In this document: one piece after another, positions 26,759 to 40,860 of the stretch | How the letters are laid out: every line of letters starts with the position of its first letter | Numbering within the stretch: the stretch's first letter is position 1 | Origin: Eledone cirrhosa | Taxonomy: Eukaryota | DNA length: 64,000 nt | Direction of reading: 5' to 3' | Assembly (NCBI GenBank): GCA_964016885.1 | Contig: OZ024746.1 | Coordinates: 1,240,001-1,304,000 of the forward strand | Translations under genes and position numbers: made by a program | Notes under the pieces: model-generated | Database searches by the model: none | What the model was told of the DNA's origin: nothing | The model's input: only the letters and a program-made list of their open reading frames with translations

Positions 26759-27546
26759 TTCTGGCCAGTTTATACACATGGGGGAGGTCACTAGAAAACA
26801 CTAATTGTCTCTCCTATGGTAGATATAATTAATAATTGTTTTCGTCGTAGACATAGTAATTGATACCATGTTGAGCGTCGTGGTAACAACGTAATATCAG
26901 GAGAGGTCAAATGCAACACATTTTACGTAAGGAGTGTGACTCTGCTAAATTTCTTGTCTAAATTCAATTTTTGCCGGTTAAAGATGAAATCAATAAAAGA
27001 AGCAATGATAGGTTGTTCCCAACAGGCATAATTTGCAAGTTACTAACCCTAAGTGTGATGCACACGTTGCTGGCCAACTTTTAAACATTAATAAAACTTT
27101 GCTCTCCATCTTTCTAAGTATTTATGCCCTCATTTATTATAGTTATGACATTTTCTCATCAAACCAATGGAAATACCTTAGAATATTTTAACATAACTCC
27201 TAAAGTTTTACTGATAAATCAGCTAATTTTTATAAGGAATCATCTTAAGAGTTTTATTATTGGTAAAGTTGGTAGTGTCACTAAATGAGTCTATGTTGAA
27301 CTATTTCAAACCACGGCTGTTTCTCTGGTTAAACATTCAGCATTGAATCAGAGGATAAAATTAATCCACTTACAATTAAACACTTGACCTGTTCAAAATA
27401 GCAATTAAACGGCTTTCGTATCCAATTTTTTTTTTGCATATAATCTATTTATAAATCAATGTAAAGTATTTATTGAGCTGCATGTTACAAAGACAAAACA
27501 CACTATTACACTATTAAAGGAAACAGAAAAGGAAGAATATATATAT

Positions 27547-27818
27547 TGTTGGACAGGTTTTACAGACAAAACAAACCGACAAGAGACCCAGGGGTAGAAT
27601 CCCGAGCAAGATGGTTGGATAACATCCATGAGCTAGGTTGGTCTTGATTGGGGATCCAGCCTGATCAGTTGGAGACGGTTGTTTCTGACAGGACCCACTG
27701 GGAGAAGGAGTGTTTGAGGACTCTGCCTCCACGACTCCACCAGGAAGAAGAAGAAGAAGAAGAAGAAGAAGAAGAAGAAGAAGAAGAAGAAGAAGAAGAA
27801 GAAGAAGAAGAAGAAGAA
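27547..27818 (+). mobile_element. RTE LINE 3' fragment with (GAA)n tail
   Basis: Homologous to 9805-10020; RPRGRIP..RWLDNIHELGWS*LGIQPDQLETVVSDRTHW. Confidence 0.8.
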
Positions 27819-27994
27819 TATATATATGGGGGGGGGGGTGAGAGAGAGGTCAGGAGTTCGATTCCTCGTAGGGGCTGCTATCCACTTTGTTTCAGTCTAT
27901 AGGTGTATTTTACCTGATTTTCTAAACTGTCATTTATAGAAATTGACTGAGGTTACAGTTATTTATTGCCTTTCATATTTGATACTTTCTAAGA

Positions 27995-28031
<37 letters not shown>

Positions 28032-28033
28032 TG

Positions 28034-28172
<139 letters not shown>

Positions 28173-28774
28173 GTATATATATGGAGAATAGAAACGGCTG
28201 TGTAGTTGCTATTTAAGGTAACTTAAAATGCAGTGGGAATACGAAGAAAGCAAGAACGGGGGAGTTTTCCTCACCAGTTGTCTACTGGGGGGTTTCGAAT
28301 ATTTCTACGCTTTAAAGACAATATACCTCGCCCCAGGAAATCAATAACTGGATAAGTTATTGGGAAAACGGAGGGAAGAGGGAAGGAAAGCAAAGGGGAA
28401 GAAAAGAGAAAACAGTAACAAAACAGCGAAAACAAAATGAGCAATGTGCGAGCAACTATAGATGAGGAGATCGAAGACCAGTGGATAAGAGAACTTAAGT
28501 TGAAGACTGAGGGGTCGAGTGGGAGGAGACACACGTCTGATCGCCGCAGTTGGAAGGGAGAAGAGAACTGCTAAACGGTCGGACGAGGGGGTGAATGTGA
28601 GAGGGAGAAAGGGAGAGGATATATATATATATATGATGTGACAAAAACCACAGACCCTCCATCTCAACTCTACTTTTGAAAAGCAGAAGTGCGAAACCGG
28701 TAAAGGAACCAAATAAATATATATATATTTTTTTAAATAAGACTCTAGTTGCATTTTTGATTTCATCTTTTTTT

Positions 28775-28816
<42 letters not shown>

Positions 28817-28818
<2 letters not shown>

Positions 28819-28988
28819 AAGGCGGGTAAAATTCCCGAGATCCATGGACGAGTTCTCTCCAGCGGTCTCTGTCCCTCATTATCGCTGCCATATCCTGCAT
28901 CTCCAACAGACCAGTGTCTGTCCTTAGGGCATCAACATGGGAGCCCCTACATGGACACACTAGAAGAGGAAGACCAAGGTTAACATAT
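28817..28988 (-). mobile_element. Second RTE-type LINE family, 3' end with 5' inversion, within (TA)n
   Basis: Minus 28936-28817 reads VDALRTDTGLLEMQDMAAIMRDRDRWRELV..*; plus 28938-28988 reads WEPLHGHTRRGRPRLTY, the expected immediately upstream peptide. Confidence 0.82.
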
Positions 28989-29134
28989 ATATATATATAT
29001 ATAATAAATATATAATACATGTATACATATTAGAAAATAGGCGAAATTCTTGATAGAGTCAGGTATATTTGCAAAATTATAAAATTAAATTGTTTAGAAC
29101 TACAAGTGAAGTCATTCTTTTCATTTCTTCAAAC

Positions 29135-30294
29135 ATATGTACATATGTGTGTGTGTGTCTATATATGTATATGTATACATGTGTGTGTGTCTATATATGC
29201 GTATGTACATATGTGTGTGTGTCTATATATGTGTATGTATACATGTGTGTGTGTGTCTATATATGTGTATGTATATATGTGTGTGTGTCTATATATGTGT
29301 ATGTGTGTCTATATATGTGTATGTATATATGTGTGTGTGTCTATATATGTGTATGTATATATGTGTGTGTGTCTATATATGCGTATGTACATATGTGTGT
29401 GTGTCTATATATGTGTATGTATACATGTGTGTGTGTCTATATATGTGTATGTATATATGTGTGTGTGTCTATATATGTGTATGTATATATGTGTGTGTGT
29501 GTCTATATATGTGTATGTACATATGTGTGTGTGTCTATATATGTGTATGTAATATGTGTGTGTGTGTCTATATATGTGTATGTACATATGTGTGTGTGTG
29601 TCTATATATGTGTATGTATATATGTGTGTGTGTGTCTATATATGTGTATGTACATATGTGTGTGTGTCTATATATGTGTATGTAATATGTGTGTGTGTGT
29701 CTATATATGTGTATGTACATATGTGTGTGTGTGTCTATATATGTGTATGTATACATGTGTGTGTGTCTACATATGTGTATGTACATATGTGTGTGTGTGT
29801 GTCTATATATGTGTATGTATATATGTGTATGTGTCTATATATGTGTATGTATATATGTGTGTGTGTGTCTATATATGTGTATGTATACATGTGTATGTGT
29901 CTATATATGTGTATGTATATATGTGTGTGTGTGTCTATATATGTGTATGTATATGTGTGTGTGTGTCTATATATGTGTATGTATACATGTGTGTGTGTCT
30001 ATATATGTATATGTATATATGTGTGTGTGTGTCTATATATGTGTATGTACATATGTGTGTCTGTGTCTATATATGCGTATGTATATATGTGTGTGTGTGT
30101 CTATATATGTGTATGTATATGTGTGTGTGTGTCTATATATGTGTATGTATATATGTGTGTGTGTCGATATATGTGTATGTACATATGTGTGTGTGTGTCT
30201 ATATATGTGTATGTATATATGTGTGCCGGTGTCTATATATGTGTATGTATATATATGTGTATGTATATATGTGTGTGTGTGTCTATATATGTGT

Positions 30295-30325
<31 letters not shown>

Positions 30326-30375
30326 CGTGTGTCTATATATGTGTATGTAGATATATGTGTGTGTGTCTATATACA
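29135..30375. repeat. ~30-bp compound tandem (TG)n-TCTATATATGTGTATGTA
   Basis: Direct inspection; continues after the LINE at 31952-32300. Confidence 0.95.
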
Positions 30376-31736
30376 TGGTATCAACCGACTCGGAGATCGA
30401 GGCGATCGGTACCTTACTGGAGGAGTACGAAAGGTTGTCAGGAGCGAAACTGAACCGGGAAAAATCCATCGGGCTGCAACTCGGAACGTGGAGAGGCAGA
30501 CCGATGCCTCCCGATGGTGTCGTCGGACACTGGACGGAGGGCCCGGTAAAGTTGCTTGGGGTCTGGTTTGGACCGGACCTCCAGGTGGAAAAGAACTGGA
30601 ACGAGGTTACGAACAAGGTGTTTGCACTAACCCAGAAATGGGCCAAGTGTAAGCTGTCCCTAAAAGGCCGGGCGGAGGTGGCGAACATTTACATAGCGTC
30701 CGTCACTTACTACCGCCTGACTGTCGTGCCTTGCCCTAAGGAAACACTCACCACCATGGAACGCATGCTCTTCCAATTTCTTTGGAAGAAGCGTCCTCCT
30801 ATGGTGAGAAGATCCATCTGCTGCCAACAACCTTCGAAAGGAGGGCTGGGGATGCCGTGGTTGATGATGCGTAGGCACGCATTAAGGCTACGGCACCTAC
30901 AGGTATTCCTCACTGGTCAACCGGTGTGGGCTCCGTTCGTGAAACGAGCCTTTCCGAGACTCGTCTCACTCACCGAGCTACAGTCCTGGGTCAAGCAAAG
31001 ATCCGGAAAACTGGGAGACTGGCACACTGAGTGTGCTCAGGCGCTCAGGGCTCTCTGGCAAGCGGGCCGGGCCATCGGTGGAGAATCCACCTCATCATTC
31101 TATAGAGGGCTGGTGGCTAGCAGGGGCGATGACACCCTTGGAGAGTCGCTGGACATGGAAGAAGACGAACTGGCCAGCCTGTTCGGTAGGACTTTCGGCC
31201 CAGGACCAATGGACAACTTCCAGAAGTCACTGGCCTGGCAGTGCTACCGAGGGGCTCTACCCGTTCGAGAGAGGCTCTACAGACACGGGCGCCCGGGCAG
31301 GGATCCCTCAAAAAAGATTTGCCCTAGATGCGTGCGTCACGAAGAAACCGTGGCGCACGCATTGGTGCAATGTCCGGGCGTGGCTGATCTGTGGGGCTAC
31401 GCCGAACAACTGCTGTCGCGGGTGGCGCCGATTAAATTGACAGCCGAGTCCGTGATGACAATCAAACCGCCTCCCCTCTTCACAAAGGAAGCAAAGGCGG
31501 TTTTTCTGTGCGTAATAGCCATGTTGAAAGAGGTTGTTTGGTGGACACGATTGAAAGGTCTGAGGTCAGGCAACTTCCTCTCTGGCCATAGTCTGGTCTA
31601 CTTCTTCCGATATCACTTCGGAAGAAGGATAAGAATGGAGAGAGAGGTGCTCGGCCACAGGCAGTTTTATGAAAGGTGGGTGATAGTGGCGAGAATGGCT
31701 CGTGTAAATGGGCCTTCTCTGTATACCATCCTGTAG
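30376..31736 (+). CDS. LINE ORF2 C-terminal part (RT tail + CCHC zinc finger)
   Basis: SGAKLNREKS, VKLLGVWFG, LSLKGRA, FQFLW, KGGLGMP, GALPVRERL, CPRC..ETVAHALVQC are typical L1/Tx1 ORF2 motifs. Confidence 0.9.
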
Positions 31737-31951
31737 GTAAAGAAGTAAAGGAGAGGGGAGCACCTTCTCCATGTGCTCCCCGGGCAAAGGATTGCACACT
31801 TTTTCGGGGGTGTGTGCAACCCCCATCACGTCCCCTCCCTTTTGAGGTTATTTTCGATTATTTTCATGTTACACCCTTTTTACTCGATTATATGTAAACT
31901 CCCCCTTTGTATTTGTCCCTTCTTTTTATGCCTTTATGGTAAATAAAGAAA
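30376..31951 (+). mobile_element. 5'-truncated Tx1/L1-clade non-LTR retrotransposon
   Basis: Uninterrupted ORF2 C-terminal half, 3' UTR, AATAAAGAAA terminus; TCTATATA at both junctions. Confidence 0.9.
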
Positions 31952-32078
31952 TCTATATATGTGTATGTATATATATGTGTGTGTGTCTATATATGTGTAT
32001 ATATATATATATATGCGTGTGTGTGTTTATATATATATGTGTGTGTGTGTCTATATATGTGTGTGTGTCTATACATAT

Positions 32079-32136
<58 letters not shown>

Positions 32137-32177
32137 GTATATATATATATATGTATATATATATACATATGTATATG

Positions 32178-32244
<67 letters not shown>

Positions 32245-32267
32245 ATGTATATATACATATATGTATG

Positions 32268-32301
<34 letters not shown>

Positions 32302-32604
32302 GTAAGGTGTATTATTGGTTGTGTCAAACGGTACAATAACATTTTTGTTAGCAATATTAAGTTCTCCACGCTTTTGTGTATCTCCAATTCCATTTATGGG
32401 AACAGCTAGCTGATGTAAAACGGAGTATTTGTATCAAAATACCATGCCTTCGGATCTTAATTTTGATATATTTTGATATATATATGTATCTGTGGCCCGT
32501 GGCATGCTCCCTAGAAGAGGCCACTAAACACCTCTTGACAATCTCCTCTCTTGGCTATTAATCTCTCACATGTTTCACACCACTAACGTTACCTCTCTCA
32601 CATT

Positions 32605-35600
32605 GACACCACCACTCTCTTACACCACCACCACTGTGTCTTACACCACCACTGTCTTACACCACCACTGTCTCTTACACCACTACTACTGTCTTACACC
32701 ACCACTGTGTCTTACACCACTACTGTCTTACACCACCACTGTGTCTTACACCACCACTGTCTTACACCACCACTGTGTCTTACACCACCACTGTCTTACA
32801 CCACCACTGTGTCTTACACCACCACTGTGTCTTACACCACCACTGTCTTACACCACTACTGTCTTACACCACCACTGTGTCTTACACCACCACTGTCTTA
32901 CACCACCACTGTCTTACACCACCACTGTGTCTTACACCACCACTGTCTTACACCACCACTGTCTTACACCACCACTGTGTCTTACACCACCACTGTCTTA
33001 CACCACCACTGTGTCTTACACCACCACTGTGTCTTACACCACCACTGTCTTACACCACTACTGTCTTACACCACCACTGTGTCTTACACCACCACTGTCT
33101 TACACCACCACTGTCTTACACCACCACTGTCTCTTACACCACTACTACTGTCTTACACCACCACTGTGTCTTACACCACTACTGTCTTACACCACCACTG
33201 TGTCTTACACCACCACTGTCTTACACCACCACTGTGTCTTACACCACCACTGTGTCTTACACCACCACTGTCTTACACCACTACTGTCTTACACCACCAC
33301 TGTGTCTTACACCACCACTGTCTTACACCACCACTGTCTTACACCACCACTGTGTCTTACACCACCACTGTCTTACACCACCACTGTCTTACACCACCAC
33401 TGTGTCTTACACCACCACTGTCTTACACCACCACTGTCTTACACCACCACTGTGTCTTACACCACCACTGTCTTACACCACCACTGTCTTACACCACCAC
33501 TGTGTCTTACACCACCACTGTCTTACACCACCACTGTCTTACACCACCACTGTGTCTTACACCACCACTGTGTCTTACACCACCACTGTCTTACACCACC
33601 ACTGTGTCTTACACCACCACTGTCTTACACCACCACTGTCTTACACCACCACTGTGTCTTACACCACCACTGTGTCTTACACCACCACTGTGTCTTACAC
33701 CACCACTGTCTTACACCACCACTGTGTCTTACACCACCACTGTGTCTTACACCACCACTGTCTTACACCACTACTGTCTTACACCACCACTGTGTCTTAC
33801 ACCACCACTGTCTTACACCACCACTGTCTTACACCACCACTGTCTCTTACACCACTACTACTGTCTTACACCACCACTGTGTCTTACACCACTACTGTCT
33901 TACACCACCACTGTGTCTTACACCACCACTGTCTTACACCACCACTGTGTCTTACACCACCACTGTGTCTTACACCACCACTGTCTTACACCACTACTGT
34001 CTTACACCACCACTGTGTCTTACACCACCACTGTCTTACACCACCACTGTCTTACACCACCACTGTGTCTTACACCACCACTGTCTTACACCACCACTGT
34101 CTTACACCACCACTGTGTCTTACACCACCACTGTCTTACACCACCACTGTCTTACACCACCACTGTGTCTTACACCACCACTGTCTTACACCACCACTGT
34201 CTTACACCACCACTGTGTCTTACACCACCACTGTCTTACACCACCACTGTCTTACACCACCACTGTGTCTTACACCACCACTGTCTTACACCACCACTGT
34301 CTTACACCACCACTGTGTCTTACACCACCACTGTCTTACACCACCACTGTCTTACACCACCACTGTGTCTTACACCACCACTGTGTCTTACACCACCACT
34401 GTCTTACACCACCACTGTGTCTTACACCACCACTGTCTTACACCACCACTGTCTTACACCACCACTGTGTCTTACACCACCACTGTGTCTTACACCACCA
34501 CTGTCTTACACCACCACTGTGTCTTACACCACCACTGTCTTACACCACCACTGTCTTACACCACCACTGTGTCTTACACCACCACTGTGTCTTACACCAC
34601 CACTGTGTCTTACACCACCACTGTCTTACACCACCACTGTGTCTTACACCACCACTGTCTTACACCACCACTGTCTTACACCACCACTGCGTCTTACACC
34701 ACCACTGTCTTACACCACCACTGTCTTACACCACCACTGTGTCTTACACCACCACTGTCTTACACCACCACTGTCTTACACCACCACTGTCTTACACCAC
34801 CACTGTCTTACACCACCACTGTCTTACACCACCACTGTGTCTTACACCACCACTGTCTTACACCACCACTGTCTTACACCACCACTGTCTTACACCACCA
34901 CTGTGTCTTACACCACCACTGTCTTACACCACCACTGTCTTACACCACCACTGTCTTACACCACCACTGTCTTACACCACCACTGTCTTACACCACCACT
35001 GTGTCTTACACCACCACTGTCTTACACCACCACTGTCTTACACCACCACTGTCTTACACCACCACTGTGTCTTACACCACCACTGTCTTACACCACCACT
35101 GTCTTACACCACCACTGTCTTACACCACCACTGTCTTACACCACCACTGTGTCTTACACCACCACTGTCTTACACCACCACTGTCTTACACCACCACTGT
35201 CTTACACCACCACTGTCTTACACCACCACTGTCTTACACCACCACTGTGTCTTACACCACCACTGTCTTACACCACCACTGTCTTACACCACCACTGTCT
35301 TACACCACCACTGTGTCTTACACCACCACTGTCTTACACCACCACTGTCTTACACCACCACTGTCTTACACCACCACTGTCTTACACCACCACTGTGTCT
35401 TACACCACCACTGTCTTACACCACCACTGTCTTACACCACCACTGTCTTACACCACCACTGTCTTACACCACCACTGTGTCTTACACCACCACTGTCTTA
35501 CACCACCACTGTCTTACACCACCACTGTCTTACACCACCACTGTGTCTTACACCACCACTGTCTTACACCACCACCACTGTGTCTTACACCACCACCACT

Positions 35601-38600
35601 GTGTCTTACACCACCACCACTGTGTCTTACACCACCACTGTCTTACACCACCACTGTCTTACACCACCACTGTCTTACACCACCACTGTGTCTTACACCA
35701 CCACTGTCTTACACCACCACTGTCTTACACCACCACTGTCTTACACCACCACTGTCTTACACCACCACTGTCTTACACCACCACTGTGTCTTACACCACC
35801 ACTGTCTTACACCACCACTGTCTTACACCACCACTGTCTTACACCACCACTGTGTCTTACACCACCACTGTCTTACACCACCACTGTCTTACACCACCAC
35901 TGTCTTACACCACCACTGTCTTACACCACCACTGTGTCTTACACCACCACTGTCTTACACCACCACTGTCTTACACCACCACTGTGTCTTACACCACCAC
36001 TGTCTTACACCACCACTGTCTTACACCACCACTGTGTCTTACACCACCACTGTCTTACACCACCACTGTCTTACACCACCACTGTGTCTTACACCACCAC
36101 TGTGTCTTACACCACCACTGTCTTACACCACCACTGTGTCTTACACCACCACTGTCTTACACCACCACTGTCTTACACCACCACTGTGTCTTACACCACC
36201 ACTGTGTCTTACACCACCACTGTGTCTTACACCACCACTGTCTTACACCACCACTGTGTCTTACACCACCACTGTGTCTTACACCACCACTGTCTTACAC
36301 CACTACTGTCTTACACCACCACTGTGTCTTACACCACCACTGTCTCACACCACCACTGTCTTACACCACCACTGTCTCTTACACCACTACTACTGTCTTA
36401 CACCACCACTGTGTCTTACACCACTACTGTCTTACACCACCACTGTGTCTTACACCACCACTGTCTTACACCACCACTGTGTCTTACACCACCACTGTGT
36501 CTTACACCACCACTGTCTTACACCACTACTGTCTTACACCACCACTGTGTCTTACACCACCACTGTCTTACACCACCACTGTCTTACACCACCACTGTGT
36601 CTTACACCACCACTGTCTTACACCACCACTGTCTTACACCACCACTGTGTCTTACACCACCACTGTCTTACACCACCACTGTCTTACACCACCACTGTGT
36701 CTTACACCACCACTGTCTTACACCACCACTGTCTTACACCACCACTGTGTCTTACACCACCACTGTCTTACACCACCACTGTCTTACACCACCACTGTGT
36801 CTTACACCACCACTGTCTTACACCACCACTGTCTTACACCACCACTGTGTCTTACACCACCACTGTCTTACACCACCACTGTCTTACACCACCACTGTGT
36901 CTTACACCACCACTGTGTCTTACACCACCACTGTCTTACACCACCACTGTGTCTTACACCACCACTGTCTTACACCACCACTGTCTTACACCACCACTGT
37001 GTCTTACACCACCACTGTGTCTTACACCACCACTGTCTTACACCACCACTGTGTCTTACACCACCACTGTCTTACACCACCACTGTCTTACACCACCACT
37101 GTGTCTTACACCACCACTGTGTCTTACACCACCACTGTGTCTTACACCACCACTGTCTTACACCACCACTGTGTCTTACACCACCACTGTCTTACACCAC
37201 CACTGTCTTACACCACCACTGTGTCTTACACCACCACTGTCTTACACCACCACTGTCTTACACCACCACTGTGTCTTACACCACCACTGTCTTACACCAC
37301 CACTGTCTTACACCACCACTGTCTTACACCACCACTGTCTTACACCACCACTGTCTTACACCACCACTGTGTCTTACACCACCACTGTCTTACACCACCA
37401 CTGTCTTACACCACCACTGTCTTACACCACCACTGTGTCTTACACCACCACTGTCTTACACCACCACTGTCTTACACCACCACTGTCTTACACCACCACT
37501 GTCTTACACCACCACTGTCTTACACCACCACTGTGTCTTACACCACCACTGTCTTACACCACCACTGTCTTACACCACCACTGTCTTACACCACCACTGT
37601 GTCTTACACCACCACTGTCTTACACCACCACTGTCTTACACCACCACTGTCTTACACCACCACTGTCTTACACCACCACTGTGTCTTACACCACCACTGT
37701 CTTACACCACCACTGTCTTACACCACCACTGTCTTACACCACCACTGTCTTACACCACCACTGTCTTACACCACCACTGTGTCTTACACCACCACTGTCT
37801 TACACCACCACTGTCTTACACCACCACTGTCTTACACCACCACTGTGTCTTACACCACCACTGTCTTACACCACCACTGTCTTACACCACCACTGTCTTA
37901 CACCACCACTGTCTTACACCACCACTGTGTCTTACACCACCACTGTCTTACACCACCACTGTCTTACACCACCACTGTCTTACACCACCACTGTCTTACA
38001 CCACCACTGTGTCTTACACCACCACTGTCTTACACCACCACTGTCTTACACCACCACTGTCTTACACCACCACTGTGTCTTACACCACCACTGTCTTACA
38101 CCACCACCACTGTGTCTTACACCACCACCACTGTGTCTTACACCACCACCACTGTGTCTTACACCACCACTGTCTTACACCACCACTGTCTTACACCACC
38201 ACTGTCTTACACCACCACTGTGTCTTACACCACCACTGTCTTACACCACCACTGTCTTACACCACCACTGTCTTACACCACCACTGTCTTACACCACCAC
38301 TGTCTTACACCACCACTGTGTCTTACACCACCACTGTCTTACACCACCACTGTCTTACACCACCACTGTCTTACACCACCACTGTGTCTTACACCACCAC
38401 TGTCTTACACCACCACTGTCTTACACCACCACTGTCTTACACCACCACTGTCTTACACCACCACTGTGTCTTACACCACCACTGTCTTACACCACCACTG
38501 TCTTACACCACCACTGTCTTACACCACCACTGTCTTACACCACCACTGTGTCTTACACCACCACTGTCTTACACCACCACTGTCTTACACCACCACTGTC

Positions 38601-38898
38601 TTACACCACCACTGTGTCTTACACCACCACTGTCTTACACCACCACCACTGTGTCTTACACCACCACCACTGTGTCTTACACCACCACCACTGTGTCTTA
38701 CACCACCACTGTCTTACACCACCACTGTCTTACACCACCACTGTCTTACACCACCACTGTGTCTTACACCACCACTGTCTTACACCACCACTGTCTTACA
38801 CCACCACTTTCTTACACCACCACTGTGTCTTACACCACCACTGTCTTACACCACCACCACTGTGTCTTACACCACCACTGTCTTACACCACCACCACT
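32605..38898. repeat. 6.3-kb minisatellite of 16/18-bp units GT(GT)CTTACACCACCACT
   Basis: Direct inspection. The plus strand lacks stop triplets, which produces the three 2000-aa pseudo-ORFs. Confidence 0.97.
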
Positions 38899-38954
38899 AT
38901 ACCCTTGGGCGGCGAACACAAAACGGCAAAACGTTTAATATAAGACAAATGAAA

Positions 38955-39720
38955 AACAATAGCAACAACAACAACAACAACAACAACAGTAACTAAACAA
39001 CAACAATAACAACAACAACACTAACACAACAACAACAACAGTAACAACAACAACAACACTAACACAACAACAACAACAGTAACAACAACAACAACAGTAA
39101 CAACAACAGTAACACAGCAACAACAACAGTAACAACAACAACAACACTAACACAACAACAACAACAGTAACAACAACAACAACAGTAACAACAACAACAG
39201 TAACAACAACACTAACACAACAACAACAACAGTAACAACAACAACAACACTAACACAACAACAACAGTAACAACAACAACAACACTAACACAACAACAAT
39301 AGTAACAACAACAACAGTAACAACAACAACACTAACACAGCAACAACAACAGTAACAACAACAACAACACTAACACAGCAACAACAACAGTAACAACAAC
39401 AACACTAACACAACAACAACAGTAACAACAACAACACTAACACAGCAACAACAACACTAACACAACAACAACAGTAACAACAACACTAACAACAACAACA
39501 ACAGTAACAACAACAACACTAACACAGCAACAACAACAGTAACAACAACAACAACAACAACACAACAACAACAACAGTAACAACAACAACACTAACACAG
39601 CAACAACAACAGTAACAACAACAACACTAACACAGCAACAACAACAGTAACAACAACAACACTAACACAGGAACAACAACAGTAACAACAACAACACTAA
39701 CACAACAACAACAACAACAT
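38955..39720. repeat. (AAC)n-based compound array
   Basis: Direct inspection. Confidence 0.95.
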
Positions 39721-39857
39721 CATTTAATGCTGACTTTCAGAGAAAATTGTTTTGTGCTAGTTTCGTAATTTTTATCTTGTCCTTGTTCGTTGTTTTAATG
39801 GCGGGTTAAGATGTGGAAGGAAGTGACTTGGGTTGAACAGTCGCACATTCCGGGGAT

Positions 39858-40025
39858 AGGCAGTATCGGTAGAGTGTCGAACACCATGCTTTGTACCATA
39901 GAGTCACGGTCTGAGTTCAAATCCCACCGAGGTTAACTTTACCTTTCATCCTTACGGGGTCGATAAAATAAAGTACCAGTAATGCACTGGGTAATTGCTG
40001 GCCTTGTGCCTAAAGTAGAAACAAT
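39858..40025 (+). mobile_element. SINE A, plus strand (second copy 40351-40505)
   Basis: CTGAGTTCAAATCCCRCCGAGGTTAACTTT..CCTTACGGGGTCGATAAAATAAAGTACCAG. Confidence 0.85.
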
Positions 40026-40345
40026 TATTATTATTATTATTCTTTGAGTCTCAGTCATTGATGTTATTTAACTGGAAAGTTTGTTGAAATGAACATCAAG
40101 CCGCTACCTGCAGCCTCAGATATTCAGGACGTATCGGAGGGTTCTTGCCGTTCCCAGCAACAATGCCTTTTGAAGTGTCCCCAAAAACGGGGCTGGACTA
40201 ATGTTCTTTAACCATCCTTGAAAATTCTTCGAGATAGTACCTAGTGCTCCTATGACAATCAGGGCGACCTTTATCTCATGACAGTCCCAAATCCTTCTAA
40301 CTCCCACTTTAAATCCTGGTATCAGTTAATGTTCTCCTTCTCCTT
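40024..40345 (-). mobile_element. R4/Dong-like (RLE-type) LINE 3' end with (TAA)n tail
   Basis: RRIW..KVALIVIGALGTI..LQKALLLGTARTLRYVL* is the characteristic C-terminus; the minus strand ends in (TAA)n. Confidence 0.78.
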
Positions 40346-40589
40346 TTCTTAGTATCGGTAGAGGATCGGACACCATGCTTTGCATCATAGAGTTACGGCC
40401 TTTAAGATCTGAGTTCAAATCCCGCCGAGGTTAACTTTGCCTGCCAACCTTACGGGGTCGATAAAATAAAGTACCAGTAATACACTGGGGTCGATAAATC
40501 GACTCACTATTCAGCCTTAATTAAATGAATATTATAATTCTATATCGGTATTGAGTACTCTTTTTTTTTCGTCATTAATCATATACAGT

Positions 40590-40734
<145 letters not shown>

Positions 40735-40744
40735 ACATGTGTGT

Positions 40745-40860
40745 GTCTACTAAATTTCCCCCAGAAAGCATTGGTGAACCCTATTTTCAAGTGAGAGACT
40801 CTTGTTTCCCTAAGTTCCAGACGGAGGGACTGAACCGTGAGACTTGTGGTTGAGACAGGA
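40745..40860 (-). mobile_element. Degenerate family C SINE leading into the large array
   Basis: CTACTAAATTTCCC..AAAGCATTGGT..GGGACTGAACC (reverse complement GGTTCAGTCCC, B-box-like), comparable with 62300-62410. Confidence 0.55.

Noticed and set aside
28270-28620. GC-richer segment with short ORF MSNVRATIDEEIED.., possibly a LINE 5' end
   Set aside because: Early stop and no identifiable motif; cannot be tied to the Tx1 copy at 30376.
32570-38996. Three 2000-aa ORFs
   Set aside because: All three frames are open only because the repeat unit has no stop triplet on this strand, and the mixed 16/18-bp units cycle through the same peptides in every frame.
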